DNA from: Bryobacterales bacterium
Lineage (GTDB): Bacteria > Acidobacteriota > Terriglobia > Bryobacterales > UBA6623
Reading direction: 5' to 3'
Length of the DNA stretch: 64,000 bases
Assembly: GCA_963422375.2 (NCBI GenBank)
Contig: OY729428.2
Coordinates: forward strand, 3,520,001-3,584,000
Part shown: piece by piece, positions 1-10,153 of the stretch
Layout: each line of letters begins with the position of its first letter
How positions within the stretch are numbered: the stretch's first letter is position 1
Notes under the pieces: generated by a model
Told to the model about the DNA's origin: nothing
The model's database searches: none
What the model saw: only the letters and a program-made list of their open reading frames with translations
Position numbers and translations under genes: made by a program

Positions 1-366
1 CGCGGGTCAGGGAAGATCATCAACGTGTCCTCCGGGACAGCCTACAAGGGGCAGCCGACCCGCATGGCGCACTACATTACCTCCAAGGGTGCCGTCGTGT
101 CCCTCACCAGGGCGCTCTCGAGGGAACTCGGCGAGCACGGCATCTGCGTGAACACGCTGGCACCCGGCCTCATTCTGAGCGACAGCATCCTAGAAAACGA
201 GTCGCACCTCGAGATGTCGGCCGACTCGGTCCTGGCCAGCAGGGCCTTGAAGCGACATGGCCGCCCCCGCGACGTGCTCGGGGCCGTGACCTTCCTTGCG
301 TCCTCGGAGAGCGACTTCATCACGGGCCAGACTATAGCCGTTGACGGAGGATCGATCAACACATAG
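1..366 (+). CDS. Short-chain dehydrogenase/reductase (SDR), 5'-truncated by the window edge
   Basis: YxxxK catalytic motif (YITSK), 'ICVNTLAPG' and C-terminal 'FITGQTIAVDGG', all typical of SDRs. Confidence 0.9.
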   Translation, partial: RGSGKIINVSSGTAYKGQPTRMAHYITSKGAVVSLTRALSRELGEHGICVNTLAPGLILSDSILENESHLEMSADSVLASRALKRHGRPRDVLGAVTFLASSESDFITGQTIAVDGGSINT

Positions 367-901
367 CGCCCGCCGGGCTATCCGCCTCAAAGGCAGCTTC
401 GGCGCCGGGAGGTTTCCAGAGAGACCGGCCCCGGACGCGGCACTCCGATAGCTTGCCGGACGGATGCAGTGCCGGCACTTCGCGTCGGGACGAGACTCGG
501 ACCCCGGTTGCACATACTTCGCCCCTGCCGCTCCTGAATCACGAGGCCAACCGCGACCACGGGCGATCTTGAGGTCAGCCATCGCGCTGGAGTATCGGGT
601 CGGTGCTGGGAGGCCGGGCTAGGCCTGTTCGCTCGCCGTGTTTCGGGGGCACGGCTCCCATCACACAGGCATCCAACCGGATTCCCGCGGGCTTGCCGAC
701 ACTAGAGCTGCAGCTACCCCGGCTGGCCCTGCAAATAGGCGCTCGAGACCGATCAACTACAACATGTGGACCGAGCGACGGTGGCTCGCCGACGCGACTC
801 CGATGCGTCCGGCGGGATCCCAAGCGGACGCCAAGCTCTCGGAACGGCCATGCTAGACTGAATGCCGGGATCGGGTTCGTGGTGCGGGCTCGGTCGAGAA
901 T

Positions 902-1825
902 ATGCCTGTTCCGCTCGAACGGGCAGGCCCCAAGAGAGGCTTGCCTGCCTGGCGCCGATGGCCTCGCTCACGCGTGCATGCCCTCAGCCGCGCCGTCATC
1001 TGCGTCTCGGTGGCAGGCAGCATGGGCGGGCTGTTCCTAGTACCGACCAGCGGCTGGCTCTATGCCATCGATATCTTGGTGCGCACCTGGCTCGTGTTCC
1101 TCGGGACGGTAATGGCCCACGAGGGCTCCCACGGGCATCTGGGCCGGTCCCGAGCCGCCAATCTCTGGTGGGGGCGCGTAGCGCTCGTGCCGAGCATGGT
1201 TCCGTACGCGAACTTTCGGAAGACGCACCTGGACCATCACCGCTACACCAACCTAGAGGACCGCGACCCTGATCTCTTCATCAAGCCGCGCAGCGAGTGG
1301 GAAATCCCGCTGCGGGCCGTCTTGATGCCCCATCACTGGTTCTTCTGGCTGCGGAGCCGCGGGAGGCTCGGTCGCGAGCACGCTCGAGACTTGCTGCTGA
1401 ACTATGCCGGTATCGCCGCCTGCTACCTTCCAGTTCTGGTCGTCGCGGGCCCCGGGAGGCTGTTATGGGGAATGCTCCCCGTACTGATTCTAGTGTCGCT
1501 CCTGCTGTGGTACCCATTCGCCTACCTGACGCACGAGGGCTTCTCGCGGGGGAGCGCCGCGGCCCGCTCGCACGACTACTTCGGGCTCCCCGCCTACTGG
1601 TTCTCGTTCGGCCTGTCCATGCATCGGGTCCACCACATGTTTCCTCAGCTCGCATGGATCGAGTTGCTGCAATTCGTCCGGAAGGCCGCTCCGGGGAGCC
1701 GGTCGTGGCTGCCCCGTCGCGACATCCGGTACGAGACCGTTGGTGGATCGGATGACCAACTCGGCCCCGCTCGGCACGCTGGATCTCGTGTGCCTGCTGA
1801 TGGACGGCAGGCCGAGCCCGCTTGA
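902..1825 (+). CDS. Membrane fatty-acid desaturase-family protein
   Basis: Three His boxes (HEGSH, HLDHH, HRVHH) with hydrophobic segments between them; start uncertain (902 or 1022). Confidence 0.85.
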   Translation: MPVPLERAGPKRGLPAWRRWPRSRVHALSRAVICVSVAGSMGGLFLVPTSGWLYAIDILVRTWLVFLGTVMAHEGSHGHLGRSRAANLWWGRVALVPSMVPYANFRKTHLDHHRYTNLEDRDPDLFIKPRSEWEIPLRAVLMPHHWFFWLRSRGRLGREHARDLLLNYAGIAACYLPVLVVAGPGRLLWGMLPVLILVSLLLWYPFAYLTHEGFSRGSAAARSHDYFGLPAYWFSFGLSMHRVHHMFPQLAWIELLQFVRKAAPGSRSWLPRRDIRYETVGGSDDQLGPARHAGSRVPADGRQAEPA

Positions 1826-2978
1826 TTTCGCGCTGATCCTCGATTTCTCGAGGCCGCTCGACCTGAGGGCGCTGCGGAGAGGCTCCGCGAGCGCCCGAAA
1901 CGCTTTTCCCTCGACGGGATCGGCCGCGACCGGGAAACGCTGGCTCCGAATGCCGGATGCGGGCGGCGTGATCGAATCGCCTTGCCCGCCGGACGCCCGG
2001 ATCCGCGTCTTGGAGGCATTCGTCGATGCTCCCTTCGACGTGACCTCGGAGCCACCCGTGCGACAGATGCTCGTTCGCAGCGCTTCCGGCCAGGGAGCCT
2101 GCCTGGCAACCCGATTCCACCATTGCGCCGCCGACCTGCTGAGCGCTTGGGCGTGGCTCCGGCATCAGCTGCGGGTAGCCAAGGGAGCCGCCCAGCCCAG
2201 CCACCCAGCGCCCTTCCGTCAGCCGGTTCTCCGGGCGGCGCCTCCGGGGGCGCGACGGAATCCCTACCGAGGCCGCAGCGACCCGATCTGGACGCGCGCG
2301 GGCCGCCCGTCAGGGAAGCGCCGCTGGTCCGCGATCACCGTGCCGCCGAGCCGCTTCGCGGGCCTGTCGAAGGAGCGGGACGGCTTCACGTACAACGACG
2401 TCCTCGTTGCGGCGACGCTCGAAACGACGCGCTGGTGGAACTCCCGCAACGGAGCGCCCGACCGCCGCGTCGGCGTCTGGGTGCCGATGAACATCCGGCG
2501 CGAACAGTTCGCGGGGTTCGGGAACGGCTCCAGCCGGATCCGCGTGAGACTGAGGCCCTCCGGGGATGCAAGCCTACGGGAACGGTGCCTCGACGTCCGC
2601 GCGCAAGTAGACCGGGCGAGGCATGCAGGCGAGTGGACCGTGCCGTCTCGTCCGATTCTGCCGATGCTGCCGCTGGCGCTCGCCGCGCCCTTGATCCGGG
2701 CCTATCTCCAGCGCCCGTGGGCTGACATGGGCTCGCTTTCGTTCACTCACCTCCAGCGTTGGCCCGGCCAGGCGGGCGACTTCGGAGCGCTCGAGCGGCT
2801 GGAGCTCGTCGGAGCCCTGCACAAGCGGCATCCGCTGATGCTGGCCGCCGTAACCGCCCTCGATCGGACTTGGCTTACGTTGACCTTCGACCCAGCGCTG
2901 CTGCGGGAGAAGGACGTCGCAGAGATCGGCCAGCGATTCCTCGAGACCGCCCTGTCCGTCGCGGAGGCTCGGGAGTGA
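1752..2978 (+). CDS. Condensation-domain-like / CoA-dependent acyltransferase (HHxxxD)
   Basis: 'RFHHCAADL' motif, 'FTYNDVLVAA' and 'VPMNIR...FGN' motifs of C-domain/WS-DGAT-like folds; overlaps the 3' end of the desaturase. Confidence 0.7.
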   Translation: MTNSAPLGTLDLVCLLMDGRPSPLDFALILDFSRPLDLRALRRGSASARNAFPSTGSAATGKRWLRMPDAGGVIESPCPPDARIRVLEAFVDAPFDVTSEPPVRQMLVRSASGQGACLATRFHHCAADLLSAWAWLRHQLRVAKGAAQPSHPAPFRQPVLRAAPPGARRNPYRGRSDPIWTRAGRPSGKRRWSAITVPPSRFAGLSKERDGFTYNDVLVAATLETTRWWNSRNGAPDRRVGVWVPMNIRREQFAGFGNGSSRIRVRLRPSGDASLRERCLDVRAQVDRARHAGEWTVPSRPILPMLPLALAAPLIRAYLQRPWADMGSLSFTHLQRWPGQAGDFGALERLELVGALHKRHPLMLAAVTALDRTWLTLTFDPALLREKDVAEIGQRFLETALSVAEARE

Positions 2979-3514
2979 ACTGGCAGGCGGGCCGGGGCAA
3001 GTTCCAAACGTCGGGTCGGTCTCCCTGATCAGCCGGGCGGACGCCAGCATGCGCCGCTCGGCACCGACGCCTCCGCGGACGGAACGGACCCTCGCTCCGA
3101 ATCGGGGACTTGCTTCGCGACGGGACTCGGCAGCGAGGGCAGCGGCGGCCGCCAAGGCCGCGGGAGGCACGCCGCCCACTCGGTCCTGGGCCGAACCCGC
3201 CTTGCACGCTGCCGCACGAGCTGGCGCCGCACCGCGGGAAGAGCGCCGGCGACGAAGGTTGGCACCTGCGGTCAACCTACCCGACGGCCGGCAGCCGGAA
3301 TCCGGCATTCATGCACGCATGTCGCAACCTGCCGGATACCCCGTATCGCTCAAGGCCGAATGCTAATGTATTGTTGCTCCGGCCGCTCGGCGCGGCAGCG
3401 GGCCAATCGGCAATTCCCGTTCGCACCTGCAGTGCCCGGAGGCAAGCTTGGTCCCGCTAGGTGGTCCCAGCGCAGAAAGCCCCACTCCGGGGCAGAACTG
3501 GATCACTGCCCGAC

Positions 3515-4912
3515 ATGAACCGAATGCAATCCTTCCTCTCCCCTTTCCGAGTCTCTGGCATCCGAGGCTCCGCACTGGCCGTTCTCATGGCCCTGCTCGT
3601 TCTCGCATTTGCGCCGCCAGCGGCGCAAGCGGCAGTCGACGGCGAGGTGGGATACGTCCTGAATACCTTCGCCTTCCTAATCTGGGGGGCGCTCGTGATG
3701 TGGATGGCTGCGGGCTTCACCATGCTCGAGGCCGGCTCCGTTCGCACGAAGAACGCATCGGTGATCTGCCTCAAGAACATCGGGCTCTACTGCATCGCGG
3801 GGATCACCTTCTACGTGATCGGCTACAACCTCATGTACGTCGGCGTCCCGGAGGGCGGATTCATCGGCTCTCTCAAGTTCCTGTACGGGACAACGCCCGA
3901 GGAGGTGGCCCTGCTGGGCGGGTCGGCGGACGCCGCCACCGTGGTGGGCAGCGGTCACGCGGTGATGTCGGACTGGTTCTTCCAAATGGTGTTCGTGGGC
4001 ACGACGGCCTCAATCGTGTCCGGCGCCTTGGCCGAGCGAGTCAAGCTGTGGTCATTCTTCCTGTTCATCGCCGTGCTGACGGCCGTGATCTACCCGATCG
4101 TCGGCGCCTGGCACTGGGGCGAGGGCTGGCTCTACGAATTGGGCTTCAAGGATTTCGCGGGATCCACGATCGTTCATTCGACCGGCGGTTGGGCGGCCTT
4201 GGCGGGCGCCATCATCGTCGGGCCGCGATCGGGCAAGTTCCGCAAGGACGGCAGCGTCAAGCTGACGCCGCCCTCCAACGTCCCGTCCGTCACGCTCGGA
4301 GTGTTCATCCTCTGGCTGGGCTGGTTCGGATTCAACGCCGGATCGCAACTCTCGATGTCCGGCGCGGTCGACGCAGTGGCGATCAGCAATATCATCGTCA
4401 ACACGAATCTCTCGGCCGCTGCGGGTGTCCTCACGGCCATCTTCCTGTCACGCCCGCTCCTGGGCCGCGTCGACCTCCTCGCAGGCCTGAACGGGGGCAT
4501 CGCCGGCCTAGTCGCGATCACCGCCGGCCCGGACATCACGTCGCATACGTGGGCGATCGTCATCGGCATCGTCGGAAGCGCGATCTGCACGACAGGGTTG
4601 AAGCTGCTGGAGACAGTGAAGGTCGACGACGTCGTCGGCGCCATTCCCGCACACCTCTTCGTGGGCATCTGGGGGACGCTGGCAACCTGTATCGCCGGCG
4701 GCGGGAACTTCCTGGTGCAACTGGTCGGAGTGCTGGCAGTGGGTGTCTTCGTATTCGCCTTGTCGATGCTGGTCTGGCTTGCGATCGACAAGACGATGGG
4801 TGCGCGCATTTCGGCAACCGTCGAGGCATTGGGCCAGGACGCCGCCGAACTGGGAATCGACGCGTATCCGGAATTCGTGGTCATGCCCGACATGGACGAA
4901 GACGGCAAATGA
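3515..4912 (+). CDS. amtB: Ammonium transporter
   Basis: 'GFTMLEAG', 'FFQMVF', 'DFAGSTIVH', 'WFGFNAGS', 'DDVVGAIPAH'; signal peptide; start uncertain. Confidence 0.95.
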   Translation: MNRMQSFLSPFRVSGIRGSALAVLMALLVLAFAPPAAQAAVDGEVGYVLNTFAFLIWGALVMWMAAGFTMLEAGSVRTKNASVICLKNIGLYCIAGITFYVIGYNLMYVGVPEGGFIGSLKFLYGTTPEEVALLGGSADAATVVGSGHAVMSDWFFQMVFVGTTASIVSGALAERVKLWSFFLFIAVLTAVIYPIVGAWHWGEGWLYELGFKDFAGSTIVHSTGGWAALAGAIIVGPRSGKFRKDGSVKLTPPSNVPSVTLGVFILWLGWFGFNAGSQLSMSGAVDAVAISNIIVNTNLSAAAGVLTAIFLSRPLLGRVDLLAGLNGGIAGLVAITAGPDITSHTWAIVIGIVGSAICTTGLKLLETVKVDDVVGAIPAHLFVGIWGTLATCIAGGGNFLVQLVGVLAVGVFVFALSMLVWLAIDKTMGARISATVEALGQDAAELGIDAYPEFVVMPDMDEDGK

Positions 4913-5265
4913 GAGCCCGGGACGGACGTACCCTGAGTTCCGTGCCGCGGGGCCCGTGGCGACGGCCGGTGCAGCGAACACCCCCGCCGCTCGCGCTGCC
5001 CGGCAGGCCGTCACATTCCTTCCGGGGGCGGAAGTCCTTGATTGCGCCGTAGAGAGGCGACGCGGGGTCCGAGAAGCCGGTCCGCCGAGGCGGGGCCGCA
5101 GCGTCGCGCGCGTACCATTGCCGCGCCGGACTACGGGACATCGCCAACGTCGGCCGGGGCGGACCGCCGGTCCTGATTCGGACCGACGGCCTCCCACGGG
5201 CTCGCCGCGAGCCAGCCCGCGCGCTCCCCTGCCGCCGCAGTAGGCTCACCGCGGGATCCGGCAGG

Positions 5266-7731
5266 TCAGTAGTTCACCCAGAACGGGCTGCCCCACGCCA
5301 CGTTGCCGTCGGACTGCTCGACTCGCACGTAGTAGTACTGCGGCCCCATGCCGGCCGTCGCGTCCTTGTCCAGAAACTCGAATTCCGCGGTCTGGCCGTC
5401 CGGCTGGTGCGCGTAGACCACGCTCTCGCCCCGAAACACGTTGACGCGAGAGAGGTCGGTCGTGCCACGGACCTTGACCGAAAGCGGCACGGGCTCGCTC
5501 GCGAGGAACTCGTCGCCCATGAAATGCTGGCCCATGCGCGCGTCCAGCAGGATGTTGTCGGTGGCGCCGTAGGTGTGCCGGCGGCGGATCGCATCGAGAA
5601 TGCCCTGCCGCGTGACGCGGTCGGTGTATACCATCGTGTACGAGTAGTGCGTTGAGCCGTGGTCCGAGCTCACGGTCACCCCGAGCCGGTACCCCTTGCC
5701 CCAAGCGTTTCGCACCATTCCGATCGGACGGTACCCTCCGGGCGCGTCCGCCGGTTCGGCGCTCTTGGCGGAGAGCGGCGCCCCGACGTACTCGTAATTG
5801 GTTCGGGCGCCCTGCATGATCTCGACGACGGGCTCGATTTCCGGGTCGTTGTCCCGCCAGTCAGTTCCCATCCTCGTGCCGGACGTGTGCGATATCGCGA
5901 TTCCTCCCATGCGGCGCAGCGCTTCGTAGAGGTGCTTCGTGTCGTCGCGCACGACGTTGGCCGTGGCAACCGCTGGCATGTCGCCGATCGGGTTCCTGCC
6001 GAGGGCGTAGCTCTCCTGCTCGCGCATGTAGAAAGGAACGACCTCGCCTTGCCGGTCGGCGAAGAACACGTTACGGTGCCCGTTCGGCTGGGTCACGCTG
6101 CGCTCGTAGCCGAAGATGCTCGTGTAGGTGCCGGGCAGGTGATGCATGTCCGTCATCTTCTGCGAGTACCACCACCAGTAGGGGTAGGCACCGCCTTGAT
6201 GATCCGTGGAGGCGCCGAAATCCATCGCGGCGGCATCGATCATGTAGCGGTAGAATTCCTGCAGGTTGCCGTCATTGCCGCCGCCGCCGTCCCAGCTCAG
6301 CTCGGTGTGCCGGTGGAAGTCCCCCCGCACGATCTGCACGGTCCGGCCGTGGACCGTCGTGCGGTACGAGCGCATCGCGTCGAGGTCGGCCGCCTCGTTC
6401 GGGTGCCAAGGCGCGATCTCGGCCTCGGGCAGGGCGAGCGGCTCCAAGGCGGGATCCGGGGCCTCGCCGGTGGATGCCAGCCTGCCGACCCAGACCTCCC
6501 CCCGAATCGGACGGTGGGCGTAGGCCGTGGTGCGATTGTCGGTCGGCCACGCTAGCCACGAACTCCCGTCAGGCGCGACGGCGTACTGGATCCGCGTGCT
6601 GGACCGCCCGAAGCTGTGCGGCAGCGGGCGCGCCGCGGTCCACCCCTGCCCGTCGTAGCGGGTCAGCCAGTACCCCCAGTAGCCGCGCGTGCCAGTTCCC
6701 CGGGCCGTGTGCCTGACAAGGCGCTTGGCGGCCACCAGCACATTCCCGCCCGCGTCCGCGAAGACGTGTGGCTGGTAGGTCCACTTCGGCATGCCCTCCC
6801 CTCCCGAGAACGGCTGCTGCAGCGGGCTGGCCGGAGCCTGCAGCCTCCCGTCGGCGAAGACCGCGGCGTTGACCGCCCGCTCCGCTCCGATCCGGACTCC
6901 CGGCTCCCGGTCGCGGATGTTGTAGCCGGTGTCCTTGCCCCAGTTCGCGCCGCCCTCTTCCCAGGCCACCCAGACGCGGTCGGCCGAGTCGACGGCTACC
7001 GTGGCCTTCGCCTCGTAGCGCCCCGTCGCCGCCACGGCGATCTCCGGGACCGCGACCGCGCCGTCCCGGAGGCCGGTCAGGAACACGTCGTAGTTTCCGT
7101 TGGCGTAGCTGTCGTAGGCGACCCACAGGGTCCCCTTCGAGTCGAAGGCGACCGCGGGCTCCCAGTCGTTCGCGGAACGGCCGGTGACCCGAGTCTCGTC
7201 GGACCAGCCCGCGTCGCGGGAGTAGGTCCGGACGAAGATGCCGGATCTGCCGTCGCGGAAGCCCTGCCAAGCCACGGCCAGGTTGCCGTCGGCGTCGGAA
7301 GCGAGGCGCGGATTGATGTCGGGCATGGGCGCGTCGGTCAGCCGGACGGCCGGCCCCCAAGCATCCTCGGCCGGATCCAGGGCCCGGGCGTACATGTCCC
7401 AGTTGCCGTCGAGCATCTGGCTCCAGACCACCCACAGGCGGCCGTCGGAGTCGACGGCGGCCTGCGGCAGCCACGCGTCGCCGCTCGTGCCCGGCACGAA
7501 GCGCAGGCTGCCCCACTGGCCGTCCTGCCAGCGCCGGAGCGCGATCCGGTCGCGCCTGTCTTCGTAAGCCAGCCACGCGAGCCAGACCGAGCCGTCGGGG
7601 GCGGCCGCGATCGCCGGCAGGTCGTCTTCCAGCATCTCCGTCCCGGCCATGGTCAGGTCCGAGATATCCTGCGCCGCGACCGGATTCGCCGCCGCCGCGC
7701 AAAGCAGCCCAAGAACAAGCAAGACAGGCAT
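5266..7731 (-). CDS. Secreted protein with repeated beta-strand (propeller-like) N-terminus and a PHP-like metallohydrolase C-terminus (DUF3604-like)
   Basis: Signal peptide; repeated 'P.(L/V)A.D..G.(V/L)W(V/L)(A/V)W' units; metal-ligand motifs GDFHRHT, STDH, GHRN, SHTS, SSDH. Confidence 0.65.
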   Translation of the reverse strand: MPVLLVLGLLCAAAANPVAAQDISDLTMAGTEMLEDDLPAIAAAPDGSVWLAWLAYEDRRDRIALRRWQDGQWGSLRFVPGTSGDAWLPQAAVDSDGRLWVVWSQMLDGNWDMYARALDPAEDAWGPAVRLTDAPMPDINPRLASDADGNLAVAWQGFRDGRSGIFVRTYSRDAGWSDETRVTGRSANDWEPAVAFDSKGTLWVAYDSYANGNYDVFLTGLRDGAVAVPEIAVAATGRYEAKATVAVDSADRVWVAWEEGGANWGKDTGYNIRDREPGVRIGAERAVNAAVFADGRLQAPASPLQQPFSGGEGMPKWTYQPHVFADAGGNVLVAAKRLVRHTARGTGTRGYWGYWLTRYDGQGWTAARPLPHSFGRSSTRIQYAVAPDGSSWLAWPTDNRTTAYAHRPIRGEVWVGRLASTGEAPDPALEPLALPEAEIAPWHPNEAADLDAMRSYRTTVHGRTVQIVRGDFHRHTELSWDGGGGNDGNLQEFYRYMIDAAAMDFGASTDHQGGAYPYWWWYSQKMTDMHHLPGTYTSIFGYERSVTQPNGHRNVFFADRQGEVVPFYMREQESYALGRNPIGDMPAVATANVVRDDTKHLYEALRRMGGIAISHTSGTRMGTDWRDNDPEIEPVVEIMQGARTNYEYVGAPLSAKSAEPADAPGGYRPIGMVRNAWGKGYRLGVTVSSDHGSTHYSYTMVYTDRVTRQGILDAIRRRHTYGATDNILLDARMGQHFMGDEFLASEPVPLSVKVRGTTDLSRVNVFRGESVVYAHQPDGQTAEFEFLDKDATAGMGPQYYYVRVEQSDGNVAWGSPFWVNY

Positions 7732-7772
7732 TTGAGAATCCCTCCTCACGCGGGCCGCGCCCACATTACAAG

Positions 7773-7800
7773 AGGATACCCGCGATAGGATACCCGCGAT
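7773..7800. repeat. Perfect 14-bp tandem duplication AGGATACCCGCGAT x2
   Basis: Read directly in the intergenic sequence. Confidence 0.9.
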
Positions 7801-7847
7801 CGCGGGACGGAAGGCCGGCCGGGTTTCCGCGAATCGCCCGCGCGCGC

Positions 7848-10067
7848 CTAGGGGCGCCCACCTAACAACACCTCGCGCACGGCGTCGACGCGCGACAGCG
7901 CCCCCGCGACCCGCTCCAGCTGCGACTTGTCGGCGACCTCGACAACGAAATCGATCGCCGCCGTCCCTCCGGCGGGCCCCCTCCGGGACTCCATCGTGGC
8001 GATGTTCAGGCCTTCGTTCGCGACGATGCTGGTCAGGTCCTTGAGGACGCCCCGCCGGTCCTCCACCCGGGCGGTCAGCCTGGCTTGGTACCTAGTGCCC
8101 TCCTTGGGTGCCCAGCGCACGTCGATGCGCCGCTCGGCTTCGAACATCAGGCTCTGCACGTTGCGGCAGGCCCGGGAATGCACCGCGACCCCCTTGCCTC
8201 GCGTGACGTAGCCGACGATCGCCTCGCCGGGGATGGGATTGCAGCACTTGGCGCGGTAAATCAGCACGTCGTCGATGCCCTGCACTTCCAGCGTCGCGTC
8301 GGCTTCCCCCACGCGGGCGGGGTCCGCGGCGTCCGGGAGCGGGGGCTTGGAGCGCAGCTGGCCGGGATCGGGCGCCGCGCCTGCCGGGAACAGCTTGCGC
8401 ACCACCTGGCCGGCCGAGTAGCGGCCGTACCCCACCCGCGCGCGCAGGTCGTCACTGGTGGAGCAGCCGTACTCCCGGCAGACTTCCTCGAGGCGGACCG
8501 CGGGCACCTTGCGCAGCGGAAGCCTGGCCGCGCGGGCCTCCTTTTCCAGCAGGCGCTGGCCGATCTCGATCGCCTGCCGCCGACGCTCCGCGTTCAGCCA
8601 CTGCTTGATCTTGTTGCGGGCGCGGGAGGTCTTGACGAAGCTCAGCCAGTCCTGGCTGGGCCGGCCCCCGGGCTGCGTGAGCACCTCCACGATCTCGCCG
8701 TTCTGCAGCGGCTGGCGGATCGGCGCGATCTGGCCGTCGACCCGGGCCCCGCTGCAAGCGTGGCCCACCTCGGTATGGATCGCGTAGGCGAAGTCGACCG
8801 GCGTGGCGTCCCGCGGCAGCGCGACGACCTGGCCCTTGGGCGTGAAAACGTAGACCTCCTCCGGATAGAGCTCGATCTTGAGCGTGGAGAGGAAGTCCGC
8901 GGAGTCCTTCATCTCGCGCTGCCACTCGACCAGGCGGCGCAGCCAGGCCATCTGCCCGTCAGCCACGTCCGGGCCCTTGTGCCGTTCCTTGTACTTCCAG
9001 TGGGCGCAGATGCCCTCCTCGGCCATGCGGTGCATCTCCTCGGTGCGGATCTGGACCTCGAAGCGCTGCCCGTCCCGCGTCACGACCGAGGTGTGCAGCG
9101 ACTGGTACAGGTTGGGGCGCGGCAGCGCCACGAAGTCCTTGATGCGTCCGGGCACGGGATGCCACTGCCCGTGGATCACGCCCATGGCCGCGTAGCAGTT
9201 CGTCTTGGTGTCCGTGACCACGCGCAGGGCCAGCAGGTCGTAGACCATCTCGAAGGTCACGTTCTGCCGCCTCAGCTTCTGGTAGATCGAGAACGGCCGC
9301 TTGATGCGGCCCTCGATGCGCGAGGGGATGCCGGCCTGGGCGAGCTTGTCGGCCAGCTCGCGCTGGATCTCGGCTAGGAACTCCTCCGTGGCCTCGCGGC
9401 GCGACTCGACCTGCCCCCTGATCACCGTGTAGGCGTGCGGCTCGAGGTACGCGAACGAAAGGTCCTCCAGCTCGCTGCGCACCTTGCCCATGCCCAGGCG
9501 CAGCGCGACGGGAGCGTAGATCTCGCGCGTCTCGAGGGCGATGCGCCTCTGCCGGTCCCTGCCGAGGGCGCCCAGCGTGCGCATGTTGTGCAGGCGGTCG
9601 GCCAGCTTGATCAGGATGACGCGGATGTCCTGGACCATCGCCAGGATCATCTTGCGGAAGGTCTCCGCCTGGCGCGCCTCCGAGGAGTGGTAGCGCAGGC
9701 GGCCGATCTTGGTCACGCCGTCGACGCACCGCGCGACCTCCTGGCCGAACTCGCGCCGCAGGTCGGCCACCGTCGCCGCCGTGTCCTCGACGACGTCGTG
9801 GAGCAGCCCTCCCGCCAGGGTGGACTCGTCCAGGCGCATGTCCGCCAGCAGGTGGGCCACCTCGACCGGGTGCGAGAGATAGTCCTCCCCGCTCTTGCGC
9901 TTCTGGCCCCGGTGCCCCGCGGCGGCGAAGGCGTACGCCTTGGGCAGCAGCCGCAGCGGATCCCCGGGGCGGTACTCACGATACTTGCTCTCCAGCTCCT
10001 CGTAGCGACGCCGGGGCGGCCCGGCCCGCGCCTGCGGCGCTGCATTCGAACTGGTGGTGGCGGGCAT
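7848..10067 (-). CDS. relA: Bifunctional (p)ppGpp synthetase/hydrolase (RelA/SpoT)
   Basis: HD domain (LLHDVVED), KLADRLHNMRT, YQSLHT, TGS (TPVDFAYAIHT), CC motif (AKCCNP) and ACT domain. Confidence 0.96.
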   Translation of the reverse strand: MPATTSSNAAPQARAGPPRRRYEELESKYREYRPGDPLRLLPKAYAFAAAGHRGQKRKSGEDYLSHPVEVAHLLADMRLDESTLAGGLLHDVVEDTAATVADLRREFGQEVARCVDGVTKIGRLRYHSSEARQAETFRKMILAMVQDIRVILIKLADRLHNMRTLGALGRDRQRRIALETREIYAPVALRLGMGKVRSELEDLSFAYLEPHAYTVIRGQVESRREATEEFLAEIQRELADKLAQAGIPSRIEGRIKRPFSIYQKLRRQNVTFEMVYDLLALRVVTDTKTNCYAAMGVIHGQWHPVPGRIKDFVALPRPNLYQSLHTSVVTRDGQRFEVQIRTEEMHRMAEEGICAHWKYKERHKGPDVADGQMAWLRRLVEWQREMKDSADFLSTLKIELYPEEVYVFTPKGQVVALPRDATPVDFAYAIHTEVGHACSGARVDGQIAPIRQPLQNGEIVEVLTQPGGRPSQDWLSFVKTSRARNKIKQWLNAERRRQAIEIGQRLLEKEARAARLPLRKVPAVRLEEVCREYGCSTSDDLRARVGYGRYSAGQVVRKLFPAGAAPDPGQLRSKPPLPDAADPARVGEADATLEVQGIDDVLIYRAKCCNPIPGEAIVGYVTRGKGVAVHSRACRNVQSLMFEAERRIDVRWAPKEGTRYQARLTARVEDRRGVLKDLTSIVANEGLNIATMESRRGPAGGTAAIDFVVEVADKSQLERVAGALSRVDAVREVLLGGRP

Positions 10068-10153
10068 AACCTCGCGCCGGCCTCCCGAGCCGCTAAGCGC
10101 AAGAAGGCTCCGAGCCGGATTATGCGCGAGACGAGCGCCCGTCGGGGACGGCG

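Noticed and set aside
3260..3460. Sigma54 promoter or nitrogen-regulator site upstream of amtB
   Set aside because: TGGCAC is present but has no correctly spaced -12 TTGC; no clear operator
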